Of a DNA stretch of 64,000 nt, positions 23,002 to 36,086 are shown piece by piece. This DNA is from Macrostomum lignano (taxonomy: Eukaryota): the NCBI GenBank assembly GCA_002269645.1, contig NIVC01001530.1, positions 186,001-250,000 on the forward strand, in the 5' to 3' direction. The notes under the pieces are model-generated. The model did not search any database and was not told the DNA's origin. It saw only the letters and a list, made by a program, of their open reading frames with translations. Both the position numbers and the translations under genes were made by a program. Within the stretch, counting starts at the first letter, position 1; each line of letters opens with the position of its first letter.

Positions 23002-26000
23002 CAAAATTCTACCAGGACCAGATAACAGCCGTCGTTGGGCACAACGGATCTGGAAAATCGATTCTGATGCAGATTCTCTCCGGTGAGCGTAACGCGACAG
23101 CCGGCCTAGCCACTGTTGACAAAGTGCCGATCACGGATTCACTGACTCGCTATCATATGTGCAGTTCCATTGGCTATTGTCCTCAACATGATGGTCTGGT
23201 TGACAGGCTGTCAGTATCTGACACGATCAAGCTTGCTGTTTTGAGTACAGGCAAAAGTTGGGACCGTGAAGAGAATAAGGTTCGGCACATTCTATCGTCG
23301 CTGGGCATTGAAAGCAAAATAGAAGAGTCAATACAGAACCTGTCATATAGCGAGAAGCGAAAAGTTTCTGTCACAATCGCACTCATAGGACAGCCCAGGG
23401 TGGTTCTGCTTGACGATCCGTCGAGAGACATGGACTACATTTCAAAACGACGGCTGTGGCAGCTGCTGCACGAGTTCAAAATCGGCCACTCTGTGATTGT
23501 CAGCACGCTGTTTATAAACGAAGCGGAAGCTGTCGCCGACAGAATTGTGTTCTTATCAGGCGGCAGAGTTCTCTGCGCCGGGTCGCCTTTTTTCTTTAAA
23601 CGCGCATTCGACTGCAGGTTTATCATCCAGATTGCCAGCAAGACTGAGTTTCATGTGCCTTACATCATTCGCAAAATAACGTCAAAATTTAATTCCGTGC
23701 GAGTGCGCAGCTTTTCAAACGCTGACGTCGAATTTGAAGTATCGGTAATGGACGACAGCATCCTATCCCCTGTTACTGCCGAGATAGAGAAGTTAGCTAA
23801 ACTAATCGACGAGTACGGAATTGTGCACCATTCGCTTGACGACGTTTTTTCAAAGTTGAAATCAATTCCGCCTAAAGAAGTCGATAGACACTTTGAGATG
23901 GGTACAATTGGCTACGTTGCTGACGATGTTGATCGGATTAAGGCACTGATGAAGAAAAAGCCTGTAGATCCACCAGACACTCCAGGTAAGGTGAAGCGCA
24001 TGCCGTCGCTTTTGCGAACTATCTTTGCGATGCTTGTGTCAAGCGTTCTCCAAACATTCCGCTCAAAAGTGAGGATTGTTACTCGCATTGCGATGCCATT
24101 ATTTCTCGTTGCACTAATCGCCCTGGGTGCATTTCTTGAGCGCGGTAAAAAGAACGACAATATTTCTCTGTGGGTCAATCTTAGCGATACGTCTCAAGTC
24201 GAAGAAAGTACTCGTAGAGGCATCTGCATGTATCCACTATCAGAAAACGTTGCAAATCATTTTGACGCGCTAAATAAAAAAGACTGCTCGTCAATGCTCA
24301 CTAGTGACGCGCTATCAGAAAATGTAGTGCCAATGGAACTGTTGATAGAAAAGTATCCTCGCGGCAATCTTCAAGCGGCTCTATTGGCTCCGAAAAATCT
24401 GAAAAAATCAAAAACCTGCAAGAATTCCAAAGTAGTGTGTCCAATAATATTTGGCAATGACTTCTGTCCAGATCGAAAGCCCATTCCTACGTACACAAAG
24501 AACCATACGATATCCGTTGGCGCATACATCCCGACGTCTAACTACACACCGACGTATTTCGTGGCGACTGCGATTAAGGTCTACGGTCACTTGTTGAACG
24601 TGATGATAAAGAAAATTTACAAAGACTCCTCGATGGATACCAAAATGTTGATAGTTGTTGAGGGAATTCAAGATATGAGAGGAACATTCTTTCAGTTTTA
24701 TGGCCTATTTGTACTAGTGACATTTATATCAGTGGTTCCGGTGATCTTCTTGGATGATGTCATGACAAAAAGAGCGGCGTGCGGCACCAACTAATGTCGA
24801 TGGGTTTACCACTTTGGAGCTACTGGTTCTGCAAAATAATAGCCCACTGGATTCCTCTGATTGCACTATACCTAATCAGTATTGTTCCTCTACTTGCGCT
24901 ACTATCATCCGGTTACGCCACTTCGCTTTTTCTGTTAGCCATCATGCCGCTAACTCTGGTATTCGGACTAGTCAACAGTCTCTTAGCTGCTTACTCTGTT
25001 AGCACGCTAGTAAAAGAAGTTAGATACGTGATAATAACTTTTTATGCACTTTTCTCACTGCTAGTCGCTTTGTCCGTTGTGCTAGTTCAGTCCAATGACT
25101 TGATGGGCGAATTGTTTATCTTCCTGTTTCCGCAGTTTGCAGCGATTGCACCGTCATTCTATGGCATGCGGTTCGCGTACTATAGCTTGTCCTACTTCTG
25201 GTCGATGGAGCAGTTGCCAGTGCCAAGCCTGCTCAACTTCTTTTTCAGCGTGCCGCATTTAAGAGACTCAATTATTGCACTGCCGGTTCACTTTATTCTA
25301 TTGGTTTTGCTACTCGTGCTACTCGAAAATAGGCACAGGTGCTGCAAGAAAGGTGAAGCCGTGACGGAACCCAGAGTCTACGAGCACTGCAGGGAAACGG
25401 CCATTCGAAAGGAAATAGAAAACGTAATTAACGTGCCAAAAAGCCAGCAACATCTGATGCAAGTCAGCGTGCTCAAAGCTATTAACGCTGATGGCGCCGT
25501 GGCGCTAAGAAATCTCACCTTCGGCTTGAAGTCTGGCGAAGTTTTCGGCTTGATTGGGCCATGCGGCAGCGGCAAGACGCCGGCTATGCGTGCCATTGCT
25601 GGAGATGAAAAGCAGAAATGCGCCGGAAATGTTGACATTCAGGTTAACGACAAGTGGTTGCCAAGCGTAACAGCAGCCCACCAGGGCTACATTGGCTACT
25701 GCCCGAGGACTGATCCACTTTATCACAGGTTGAGCGTTGGCGAAAATCTAAACTTCTACGCCAGGGTAATTGGTGTGTCGGCTGGCAGGGTGCAGCAGTT
25801 GGAGAAGGAGCTCTTCCAGGAGCAGGAATTAATCACGCGGGTCGAGCAAGCCAATGCGGGCTTGAAGAGGCGTCTCACTCTGGCAATTGCGCAGCTGGCC
25901 GACCCACCGCTGATGGCCATCGACGAAATTTCTTCCGGAATCGACCACGACGGTAGACAGTTGCTATGGAACAACATCAAGTCCATGGTTAGCAAAAGGC

Positions 26001-26118
26001 GAGGCATAGTGCTCGCGACGCAATGCGTAGAAGAGGCGGAGTTCCTTTGCGACCGGATGTGCATTATGAACCACGGGTTAATGATTGCTCTCAGCTCGGT
26101 GAACGACTTAATACTAAG
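23002..26118 (+). CDS. ABCA-like copy 1, exon 2 (NBD1-TMD2-NBD2), with an apparent -1 frameshift at 24767-24771
   Basis: FYQDQITAVVGHNGSGKS, GYCPQHD, CAGSPFFFK and GEVFGLIGPCGSGKT. Joins ORFs 23067-24794 and 24779-26122; donor CTAAG|gtaaat. Confidence 0.88.
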
Positions 26119-26365
26119 GTAAATGAAAAGCGACACTTTTTTCACACTTTGAAAGATATACCGGTAAACTTAGCAAGCAAAAATTGAGTACGACTTTGAA
26201 ATTTGAAAACAATCTTATCAACAAGTTCTTATGGGTTATGCTAATTTCTCTGACCGCCGAGGACGTCCTATTTTCATACAAAGTATTTCGGGTTTTGCAC
26301 TTTAAAGCTATTGCTGTGTTAAAAGTTTACAAAGCTCAGTGTCCCCCTCAACAACCCACCTGCAG

Positions 26366-26714
26366 GTACAAGACGATGTACTTCTTAGAGATGCAAATCG
26401 CCAGTAACACTAAGGAGACCCACGAAGCGCTGCAACGCCGCAAAGACCAGCTGGCCGCCATCGTGCTGGACAAATTTTACGGAGCAATCCTGATCGAGCA
26501 ATGGACCGCCAGAATGCAATTCGCTCTGCCGATTCAAAGTATTGGCTGTCTGTCAAACACCCTTGACTGGCTGTACTCCAGCAAGTGCAAGCTCAACATA
26601 CATTACTTTACGCTGCACTACGCCACCATCGACCAGGTCATGAAGGCTATTGTGGTGCACTCGGGGTATCAGATGATTAAGAGTCTGGAGAGTCAGACCG
26701 AGGTGTCTGTATAA
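26366..26714 (+). CDS. ABCA-like copy 1, exon 3 (C-terminal regulatory domain)
   Basis: Acceptor ctgcag|G TAC AAG (phase 2). YFTLHYATIDQV corresponds to ABCA YSVSQTTLEQVF. Exon lengths sum to 4905 nt if one base is restored. Confidence 0.85.
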
Positions 26715-28230
26715 AGTATCGCTGCTACTGCAGAAAGGTCACATTTTTATTTAAGACAAGACAAACAAAAGAATTTTGTTCATAACATTTTGGTTTGTGA
26801 AGGCAAATGCCGCCGCTGTGAATCGCTCGTACGCGCACACCCAATGAATATTAGTAGCCGCAATACGAAATACTGTATTCATTATCCCGATTTCAAGCGC
26901 TAAAGCCTAATTATTCACAAGCCTGACCAAATTGCACCTTTTAGAATGAGGATGCAATCCCATTTCAGTATCCGTGTATTTCCTTTTTTCTTTTATATCC
27001 AAATGTCTTGACTAATATTGCATCTAGAGAAATACAATGAATTGAATTCGCAAATATGCATTTGTAAATCACTTTGCCGACGCAAAATTTCGGCACAAGT
27101 AAAAACTCTGCAAGCATTTGATGGAACCGACATGTACTTTGTCATAAAATGCTTATGCTCGACAATGCAGCTAAAGACCAGCGTCGCAAAGAATATATTT
27201 CTGACTGTGAGATTTCTGTAGCTTGACAATTTTTTGCGACGATAAAGCTGCTTTTTTAGTCCAACTCAAAATAATCATACAACCCTACGCCTCAAACTAA
27301 ATTTTGTTAATTTTTGCGCCGATTTTAGCAAGCAAATAAGAAATATATTTAGCTACGGCTTGTAGTTAATATTTGAAAAAGGACTTCCTATTCGATACCA
27401 TTTTAGAATTTTTGTGAGCTAATAACAACTGACTGTGAGCAAGAAGTTGAATTAATATTCGGTAATAATCAAAACACTGCAAAATTTTACAAGCCAATTG
27501 AGCCAAGGGAAAATGAAACTATGGGAAATTGACTTCATTATCCGTGGCCCAAAAAGGGCTGTGGACCAAAAAAATCGAAAACCAATCTTTTCCACGGCTA
27601 TTTGCCTTTGCTTTGATTCGTTTCACTGAAATCAAAGTGTTATGTCAATTTTTTTTAACGTGCACTCTGCTTGCAGACGTTGTTTCAGCAAATACAATAA
27701 GGATTTACTATGAAAAGGATTAAAGAAAGATTCCTAGATCGGATCCTCCACTCCTCCTTTTCGACCATAGGCAATGGAAAGCAAGTCTTCAATGGTTTGA
27801 TCTTCCACTAAGATTTAAACTGCTATTGCTCCTTGGCTCGATCGGCTTGGTTTGGTTTATGGATGAATGGTTTTATTCATCCATGGTTTGGTCTCGTTTA
27901 AAATATGAAACGTATCTCTTCATCCGTGTAATTCAAGCACTCAGATATTGTTACAGTTTAACCATGGACACAGAAAATTAAATGCTCAAAATGCATGCCT
28001 TCTCCCTTAATAAATTTAATTAGTGTCTTTAAGTAGTGTCGTTTTAGTTCGCAATGCTATGTTAAGAAACTCTTTGTTTCTCTTCTCTCTGGTCTGCTAA
28101 GTCTGTCAGGAAGATTGTCTATGGCCAGAAAGACGCTTTGCTTTTTAGGTAGAAACTGAAAAATAGAGGAAATTGTGTCAGAAAAATATTGAGCATTGAG
28201 CAGAGATTACTTGAAATATTTCGTTGAGTC

Positions 28231-29698
28231 ATGACGATTGGACGGCAATACGTGCGCCTGTGCGTCGTTCTGTTGAAACTGAAAAGCTGGAAATTTCTTT
28301 TCATGTCTGTCGTGATAGCAGCTCTGGCGTCGAATGTTTTTCTATACCGATCAGCTCACTCGCTGATCGTTCGCCTGGGCGAGAAGAGTTTCCATGAGAT
28401 AGGCGCGAAAGAGTTTCAAAGAGACAGCTTGGTGCTTAGCGACACGAGTGCGTACGGAAGACAGATGGGGATCGTGTCGGATTATGTGTCCAAAACTGGC
28501 GCCGCTGGTAGCTTCGAACCAAACATTTGGGACTGCAAATCTGCTGAGCATTGCCAAGACGTATATTTGCAGCTGATTACTGGACGCGTTGCAGGCAAGA
28601 TAGCTCATTATGTCGACTATCAATCGGAAGTAGACAACCAGGCTAAACTATATTGTCAGCTGTCTATAGGAGAGGAACTCTACTGCCCGTATATGGCCTA
28701 CTTGGTCAGCATTTCTCAGGCGGAGAAGCAGGAAAAGAACTTTTTCTACAACGAAACCAACGTATTCAAGCTGCTAGATTCTATACCGTTTTATAAGAAA
28801 AATGTTTCCAGCGGACGGGACACAATCTGCGCGAGAGCATCGGACTTTATTGACACATTTCCCACGACTCTAATCATTCAGATGATTCTGATTATCATTA
28901 CCTTGATATTTTACATATTCGTGAGCACAGTTACTTGCATCTACGAGCTGAAAAAGAAAGGCTATCTGCAGTTGATGTTTCGCAAGGGTCTATCAGTAGT
29001 TGCTTACTGGACGGCTATCTGGACAATAACACTGCTAGAAATGATCGTATTTGCGGCCGTCCTATCCATGTCCCACTATTTCCAGTGCCCTGGATTCTAT
29101 CTTCACCCGAAGCTAACCCAACTGTTTGAACTGGCATTGGCTCACTTCTGTTGCGTCGCGTCCCTGGTTCTGATGCCCACAGTTCTGACACGCCGGGCTG
29201 ATGTGGCCGGAGTCTTTGTAAGCCTGCTGTGCTTGGTCATCGTGGCAATGATGGTAGTCAATAGATACGTTTTCAAATATAACAAAAGCTACGATATGTA
29301 CCGCTACGTGATGCTGGCTGTGCCAACCGGACACTTGACTGAACAGATATTGTCGGTTCTTCTCGGCGATTTCATGGAAAAGAGTAACGAATTTGTTTGG
29401 ATAGTCCTGCCAGTTAGCGCGGGAATGTCAATATTAGTGACAGCCATCACCATGTACCTGGACTGCGTACTCAAATCAGGAAACGGACTGCGGTTGTCGT
29501 TCTTGTACCCTTTTTGTCCGAAGTTCTGCTGCATATCAGATTCGAATTTAATAATTTTTTCTGAGCTGCCGGAAAATATGATGGTTGAGCCCGTGTCTTC
29601 GATTACCCGACCGAACGTGTGCGTCAGGGAGCTAAAGAAAATATTCTCGACCGGGTGTTGCCGGGGAAAGAAAACCCGAGCTTTGAATAATCTGTCAG
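28231..29698 (+). CDS. ABCA-like transporter copy 2, exon 1 (TMD1)
   Basis: Paralogous to copy 1 (LKLKSW, CQLSIGEELYCPYMAYLV, RKGLSVVAYW). Donor is GC-type: TCAG|gcaagt. Confidence 0.88.
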
Positions 29699-29789
29699 GC
29701 AAGTGATATATATACTGCGGTATCAGTCTCAGGAATAAGTTTAAAAGCTTGTTTAAACAAATAGCTTATTCCCGACTATTCAATTTCAG

Positions 29790-32700
29790 TTAACTTTTAT
29801 AGGAACCAGATAACAGCAATCATTGGGCACAACGGATCCGGCAAGTCGACTCTGATGCAGATTCTCTCTGGCGAGCGCGAAGCCACATCCGGCCTGGTAA
29901 CTGTCGACAGAGTCCCGGTTACGGATTCACTGGCTCGCTATCACATCTGCAGTTCCATTGGCTACTGTCCGCAATCTGATGCTCTAGTCGACGGGATGAC
30001 GGTTGCTGACACTGTCAAACTCGCAGTCATGAGCACGGGCCAAAGCTGGTCGATGGCTGAAATTCAGGTGCGTCACATTCTATCCACGCTGGGCATTGAG
30101 AGCAAGCTTAGCGAGCCGACTGAAAGTTTATCGGCGGGCGATAAGCGAAAAGTTTCAATCGCAATGGCTATAGTTGGCAGTCCAAGCGTCATTCTATTGG
30201 ACGATCCATCGAGAGGCATGGACTACATTTCGAAAAGAAGTTTGTGGCATCTCCTGCACGAGCTGAAGACCGACCGTTCAATAATAGTGAGTACCCAATT
30301 CATTAACGAAGCGGAGGCTGCAGCCGATAGAATGGTATTTTTAGCCTGCGGTAGAGTGATATGCGCTGGATCGGCGTTCTTTTTTAAGCGAGCATTCGAC
30401 TGCAGGTTTATTATCCAGATAGCCTGCAAAACCGAATACCACATACCGTTCTTCATTGAGACTCTCACAACCAAGTTTGAATGCACTCGAGTTCGCAGTC
30501 TGGGCAACACTGACTTGGAGCTCGAGGTTCCAATATCGGAGGACAAAATTCTGCCAGATTTAATTCGGGAAATTGAGAAGTTTCCAGGCTTAATAGACGA
30601 ATTCGGGATAGCCAACTATCGTCTGGATGATGTGTTCTGTCAATTTAAGAAATCTCGAAGCTGAGGATATTGAATACCACTTTCAGCAGGGCACCGTAGG
30701 CTATGTTGCTGAGGACAACGACAGAATCCGGGCGATAAAAAACAGAACCAGTTTCCCACTACCAGTCGGCAATGTGGCAGTAAAAAAGTCATCGTGCTCT
30801 TGGATTCGGACGATAGGAAAATTGATAGAAGTTCACATCAAACTAATATGTCGCAGTAAAGCTCGACTGTTTATGAGGCTAATTGTGCCGATTGCGTCAC
30901 TGCTATTAGTCGCTGGTGCCGTTGTGTTTGAGAAGTCTGAAGAAGTTGATAAAATTCAAATAAGCTACAATCTTAGCAACACAACTGCATTTGAACGGAA
31001 CAAAGGCATCTGCATGCACTTTTACTCGATATTTTTAACAGATGTCCATTGGGATGTCCTTAGTCAGGGTGAATGCGGCTACTTTATAACTGGTATGAAG
31101 AAGACCGATCGAGAAGTGAAAGGTCTAGTCCTTGATCCAGTGTTTTTTGGAAAGAGCTTAGCAGAACTGCTAGAAATTTATTTGCCTTACATCCGAAAAC
31201 AGTGCCAAAAAATGAGCGGGCCATGTCCGATTGCTTATTCAACTGATTGGTGCCCTGATACTGATGTGTCAAAAAGCCACAAAGTACACGTCGGAGCCTA
31301 CGTGAACAGCGATAATTACACTGCAGATAGCGTTGCTATGACAGCAATTGAAGTGTTTAGAAACATGATATCCCAAATCACGCTGCAAATTTTTGATGGC
31401 AAACATTCGGTTAAGCCGGAATTCGACACTGTAGGCTTCCTGAACGTCGAGGCAATATTTTTTAGGCTCTACAGCCTATTTGCTCAATCGGTATTGCTTG
31501 CAGTCCTGCCCATGATGTTTCTTAGCGACATACTCCAGGACATGAAATATGGTATTCGAGTTCAACTATTAACAATGGGTGTGTCTCGATTGAAGTACTG
31601 GTTTTGCAATATCGTCAGTCACTGGTTGCAGTTTGCCGTAATCTATTCGATCAGTATAACACTTCAAGTGTGCATCATAGCATCAGCGTACAATACAATG
31701 CACTATTTAGCCATTATTCTGCCGGTGACGCTGTTATTTGGTATAATGAACAATCTACTATGCGTCTACCTTTTGGCCATCGTGATGGGCCATGCTAGAT
31801 ATGTCGCCATTGCAACCTATGCCTTTGTCAGCTTGATGATATCTTTGTCCTTACTGTTCGTGCAATTTCACAATTTAGCTGGTCGAATATTAGTGTTTCT
31901 GTGTCCGCAGTTTGCAACAGCTGCGCTAGCGTTTTATGGCATCAGGTTTATGTACTACAGCGGTGCCTATTATGAAATTTTCGGAGATAGCAGACTACCA
32001 AGTCTGATGGACTTTATAGCATCGAGGCACGTAATGTATAGTCTAATGGCCATAGTGCTGCATTTTGTGCTGCTAGTGATAATAATGATACTAATTGACA
32101 AGCGACACAGGTTGTACGCTACGTGCAGACAGGGCGGAATCTACTCAGCTGCAACAAAAGCTTACGCCAGCACTCTGGAAGTCTCTATATTGAATGAACT
32201 GAACAGCCTCAATGAGAATCCGTTTGCATCGGAAAACATTCTGGAGGCCATGGACCTGCGAGTGGTCAAACCAGATCGCAGTGTCGTACTGAAGAATTTA
32301 TCTGTGGGAGTGAAATCTGGCGAAGTATTCGGCCTGGTTGGCCCGTGCGGCTCGGGCACGAATTCGGCAATCCGAGCAATTGTCGGAATCGAGACCAATG
32401 CCTGCGCTGGACAGGTTGACTTGCAGATCGATGACAAGTGGATTCCAAACGTTGTAGCAGCCAGGCGTGGTATCATCGGCTTTTGCCCCGCCTCAAATCC
32501 TCTCTACCAGAGACTGACCATTCACGAGAATCTGATATTTTACGCGCAAATTAACGGCGTACCAGCCGGCAGAGTGCGCCAACTGGTCCTAGAGTTCTCT
32601 CTGGCCTCAGAGCTGGGCACGATTGTTAAACGAGCCACAAAGGGTGTTAAACGACGACTTACTCTGGCAATTGCACTGTTAGCCGCTCCGGAATTTGTTG

Positions 32701-32902
32701 CGATTGAGAACCCCTCTGATGGAGTTGATCCATCTAGCAGACAAATAATGAGGCGTATCATTAGGTCGCAGGTGACCGAGCGGCGATCAATTTTCATTGC
32801 GAGTCACCAGATGGAAGAATGCGAGACTCTGTGCGACCGAATCTGCATTATGAACCATGGACTAATGGTGACTCTGAACAGAATTGAACAGCTCTTAGAC
32901 AG
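29790..32902 (+). CDS. ABCA-like copy 2, exon 2, with an apparent +1 frameshift at 30650-30652
   Basis: Acceptor tttcag|TT AAC TTT TAT AGG AAC CAG ATA gives VNFYRNQITAIIGHNGSGKST. Joins ORFs 29855-30664 and 30627-32906; donor GACAG|gtgagc. Confidence 0.88.
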
Positions 32903-33460
32903 GTGAGCCTGCTTGAAACTGATGCTTTAGTTTTTAAATAGCTAAGTTGGGTTGTAAAATTTTGGCTAGTAAAAAATTGTTTCAAAGGTTGGGGACAGAA
33001 AATAGTTGCGACAATGAGCTCAAGACACTATCTATTAGTCAAACTTGTAAGGATTAGGTTTTCAATACAACAGCTAGAATGCATTTGATGCAGAAATAGA
33101 TTGATTTTAATAAAAAAGACTAGCTATAGAGACCCCTGATGAGTGCGTTCTCTGGTATAATGTCTCCTATAAAGAGCTCATTAAATCAAATAGTTTTTAC
33201 ACCAAGTCTCTCATCTTAATCGAGGTAGTTCCGTTTGTAGAATTTTTTATAAGGATACATTAGAGACAAAAACATTTGTTTCAATTATTAATCTTTGGCA
33301 GTACTTTTCGATAATTAAATTTATTAAACACTTGATGGTTCGGTAGTATTTATCGTGCTACGAGTATGTCCCATTCACTTCAAGTCACCTTTCTCACCTC
33401 CTCCATTCTGATTTGTGACGTTGTCATATCCTATCATTGCAAGTCATTCACTCTCAGGTT

Positions 33461-33962
33461 TACTGAGGGAATTGCTGAGATGTCAAGGCTTACTGAGGGA
33501 ATTGCTGAGATGTCAAGGCTTACTGAGGGAATTGCTGAGATGTCAAGGCTTACTGAGGGAATTGCTGAGATGTCAAGGCTTACTGAGGGAATTGCTGAGA
33601 TGTCAAGGCTTACTGAGGGAATTGCTGAGATGTCAAGGCTTACTGAGGGAATTGCTGAGATGTCAAGGCTTACTGAGGGAATTGCTGAGATGTCAAGGCT
33701 TACGGGGGAATTGCTGAGATGTCAAGGCTTACTGAGGGAATTGCTGAGATGTCAAGGCTTACTGAGGGAATTGCTGAGATGTCAAGGCTTACGGGAGCAT
33801 TGCTGAGATGCCAAGGCTTACGTGAGAATTGCTGAGATGCCAAGGCTTACGGGAGAATTGCTGAGATCTCAAGGTTGGGAAGTCAGAAGCTACATGTATA
33901 GTTTATTTTTTAAAAATCATTCCATGCTTTGTTGCCTCCCCAACGGGGGTGCTGATTGCTAG
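33461..33962 (+). mobile_element. Helitron-like element 3' part with a 30-bp satellite (tactgagggaattgctgagatgtcaaggct, about 14 copies), ABCA copy 2 intron 2
   Basis: Array, then hairpin ccccaacggggg and CTAG|T at 33959-33962. Confidence 0.7.
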
Positions 33963-34006
33963 TCTTTCACAAATCCTTTATCCGCCCATGAAAATCGCTA
34001 ACGCAG

Positions 34007-34201
34007 ATACAAGCGCCTCTACCTGCTAGAAATGCAGCTGGATGATTCTAGAAACTCTGAGTCAGCCGGAGATGGGATGGAGTACAGGAAAGCGCACGCT
34101 GCCCGCCTCGTGTGCGATCGGTTTCCTGGCACCATCACCATCGAGTGGTTCACCTCGTTGCTGCAGTTTGCCGTGCCAATTATCAGTATGGACCGTCTGT
34201 C
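34007..34201 (+). CDS. ABCA-like copy 2, exon 3, 5' part (interrupted by hAT)
   Basis: Acceptor acgcag|A TAC AAG CGC CTC TAC; YKRLYLLEMQ aligns to YKTMYFLEMQ of copy 1. Confidence 0.85.
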
Positions 34202-34732
34202 CAGTGGTGTGATTGGAAAGTTTGCCAAATTTCGCGCCGACTGAAAATTTTCGCGCCATGCCAATAATATTCTACTGACAGCCAAATAAGTCAATTGATG
34301 ACACTTTTGAAGATGCGTCTGGCTACCAATTAGCATGTCTCTTAAGTCACAGCCGTGTCCCCCCTGAACTTCTTGTTGGCGATGTCTGCAGGCAGACGAC
34401 TGCTCGTGCTGGTGATTGACGACGTTGACAGCAGCTCAGCAGCCTTGCGCTTTAAGACGAGCTCAGCTAGCTTCTCTGCCTCCTTCTGTTTCTTCTTCTG
34501 CACATTCTGCTGCTGACGCCTGAGATTGAACTCAGTTTGTTAGATTAATATCCTAAGCTATGACATTCTTGTATTTCATACTGTCTGACAAGAGAATAAG
34601 TGTAAAAAGCAGAAAATAAGAATGCAATTTTCGCGCCCATGGTTCCACAAAATTTCGCGCCAGACCCCCAGGATTCGCGCATTCGCGCCATTTTCGCGCC
34701 TGGCGCGAATTTGCGCCTGAATCACACCACTG
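34202..34732. mobile_element. Non-autonomous hAT element, 531 bp, inserted in coding sequence
   Basis: Perfect 13-bp TIR CAGTGGTGTGATT/AATCACACCACTG and perfect 8-bp TSD CGTCTGTC (34194-34201, 34733-34740); subterminal TTCGCGCC motifs. Confidence 0.93.
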
Positions 34733-34740
34733 CGTCTGTC

Positions 34741-34960
34741 GGACGCACTTGACTGGCTAGTTCGACGCAAAAACCGTCTTGGTATTCGGTACTTCACGCT
34801 GCACTATGCCAGCATCGATCAGACAATGAAGGTCATCATAATTGCCAACGATACTGAAGACGTTACTGCGGAGACGCCGGTCAAGATGCACGTACCAACT
34901 GTGACTAATGACGAAATGAAATCGCAAAGAAGCTCTAGAGGATTTAGAATTTCGGTGTAG
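34741..34960 (+). CDS. ABCA-like copy 2, exon 3, 3' part (after the hAT insertion)
   Basis: DALDWLVRRKNRLGIRYFTLHYASIDQTMK aligns to TLDWLYSSKCKLNIHYFTLHYATIDQVMK of copy 1; in frame once the element and one TSD copy are removed. Confidence 0.85.
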
Positions 34961-35363
34961 GTTTTTAATTTGCTTTTTCAGCGACTGCGTGCGTAGAGAG
35001 AAACTTTTTAGCAACAACAGCAACAAGTTATCCTTTTCTCTGGATTTTTTAGTATTTAAATTTGTATGTTGAATAAGATCACAATAAGTATTAGTAGAAT
35101 TGTAGAATATTCATTAGCCGATAAATAAACTGACGTGTAGCTATAGTTTCTTTTAAATAGTTAATTATTAGCGTTTTCAGTATTTTATTCCCTGGGCCAG
35201 AAGCTAAAAGTACAATCATGACGAAGTCACTTAGTTAATCCGTTTAAATCCAGTTAAAACAGACCACACATTAAGGAGCAAAAAGCAGCGGAAATTTCCA
35301 AGTCGAGATTCAACTGGAAGTTCCCAAATATTTAGAAGCTGGTTCTAGAGAAAATGTGACCTA

Positions 35364-35618
35364 TCAGAAACCGGCGTCGTCATTTGAGTTGGATGTGTCT
35401 TTGTTTACAGGATTTTTTCCCTCGCCAAGAACAATTTGAATGCTGTTGTGCACGAGTGGTCTTGCACCGATGAGCAACCTTGCATCGGTCAGGTGGGCCG
35501 GCATTGCACTTTTATCGTTCGGCCCGTGTACTTTCGCAAACCCCCTCCCAGTCGTCTGCCCTACCCCCAGCTGCACCGACCTTCCAATTCTTTCTACTAC
35601 AGTTACATGTACCTGCAC
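35364..35618 (-). other. Unassigned short ORF in a GC-richer island
   Basis: 84-codon ORF with no recognised homology and no good pyrimidine-rich acceptor. Confidence 0.15.
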
Positions 35619-36086
35619 CTTAACCTGTTTGACGCCCTCTCTGCTCTAATACCCTCTTTTTGTCTAGTACCCTGGTTTTGTGTTTTCCTAGCTGTTCTTA
35701 ATCATAACAGCCAAATATTACCTAATTAGCCCTACCGCAGGGTTTTTGAGTGCATGCATAAATAAAAAAGGTAGTTTTCATTGATCCAGGTCAAATTCAA
35801 TCAATGATTATGTAATTAAAAATGATTTCTCCTACTCGTATCTCCGTAGTGTATTTTTTCCCAGGAAATCGGCCTTCAAAAAAACGACACGATCTTTTAG
35901 TTTTACCTCCTGTTTTACTACTGTGGTCCTTGATGTAGCTCTAAGCAGCTGAGCGATAAATTACCAAAATGAATTTTCAATCGTATACTGCAAGCACAAG
36001 TTTAGTAATGGAAGAGACTGACTGACTGGTAGACTTTTTAGTATGCAGCAGAGTTGAACTATGGCCGTAATGCCGTTGTTCAACAA

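Noticed and set aside
24740-24772. Micro-intron that could remove the ABCA copy 1 frameshift
   Set aside because: A 32-nt GT-AG would delete IFLDDVMTK, which is conserved in copy 2.
35455-35530. Hammerhead-like CCGATGAG with local hairpins
   Set aside because: No correctly placed GAAA or stem architecture.
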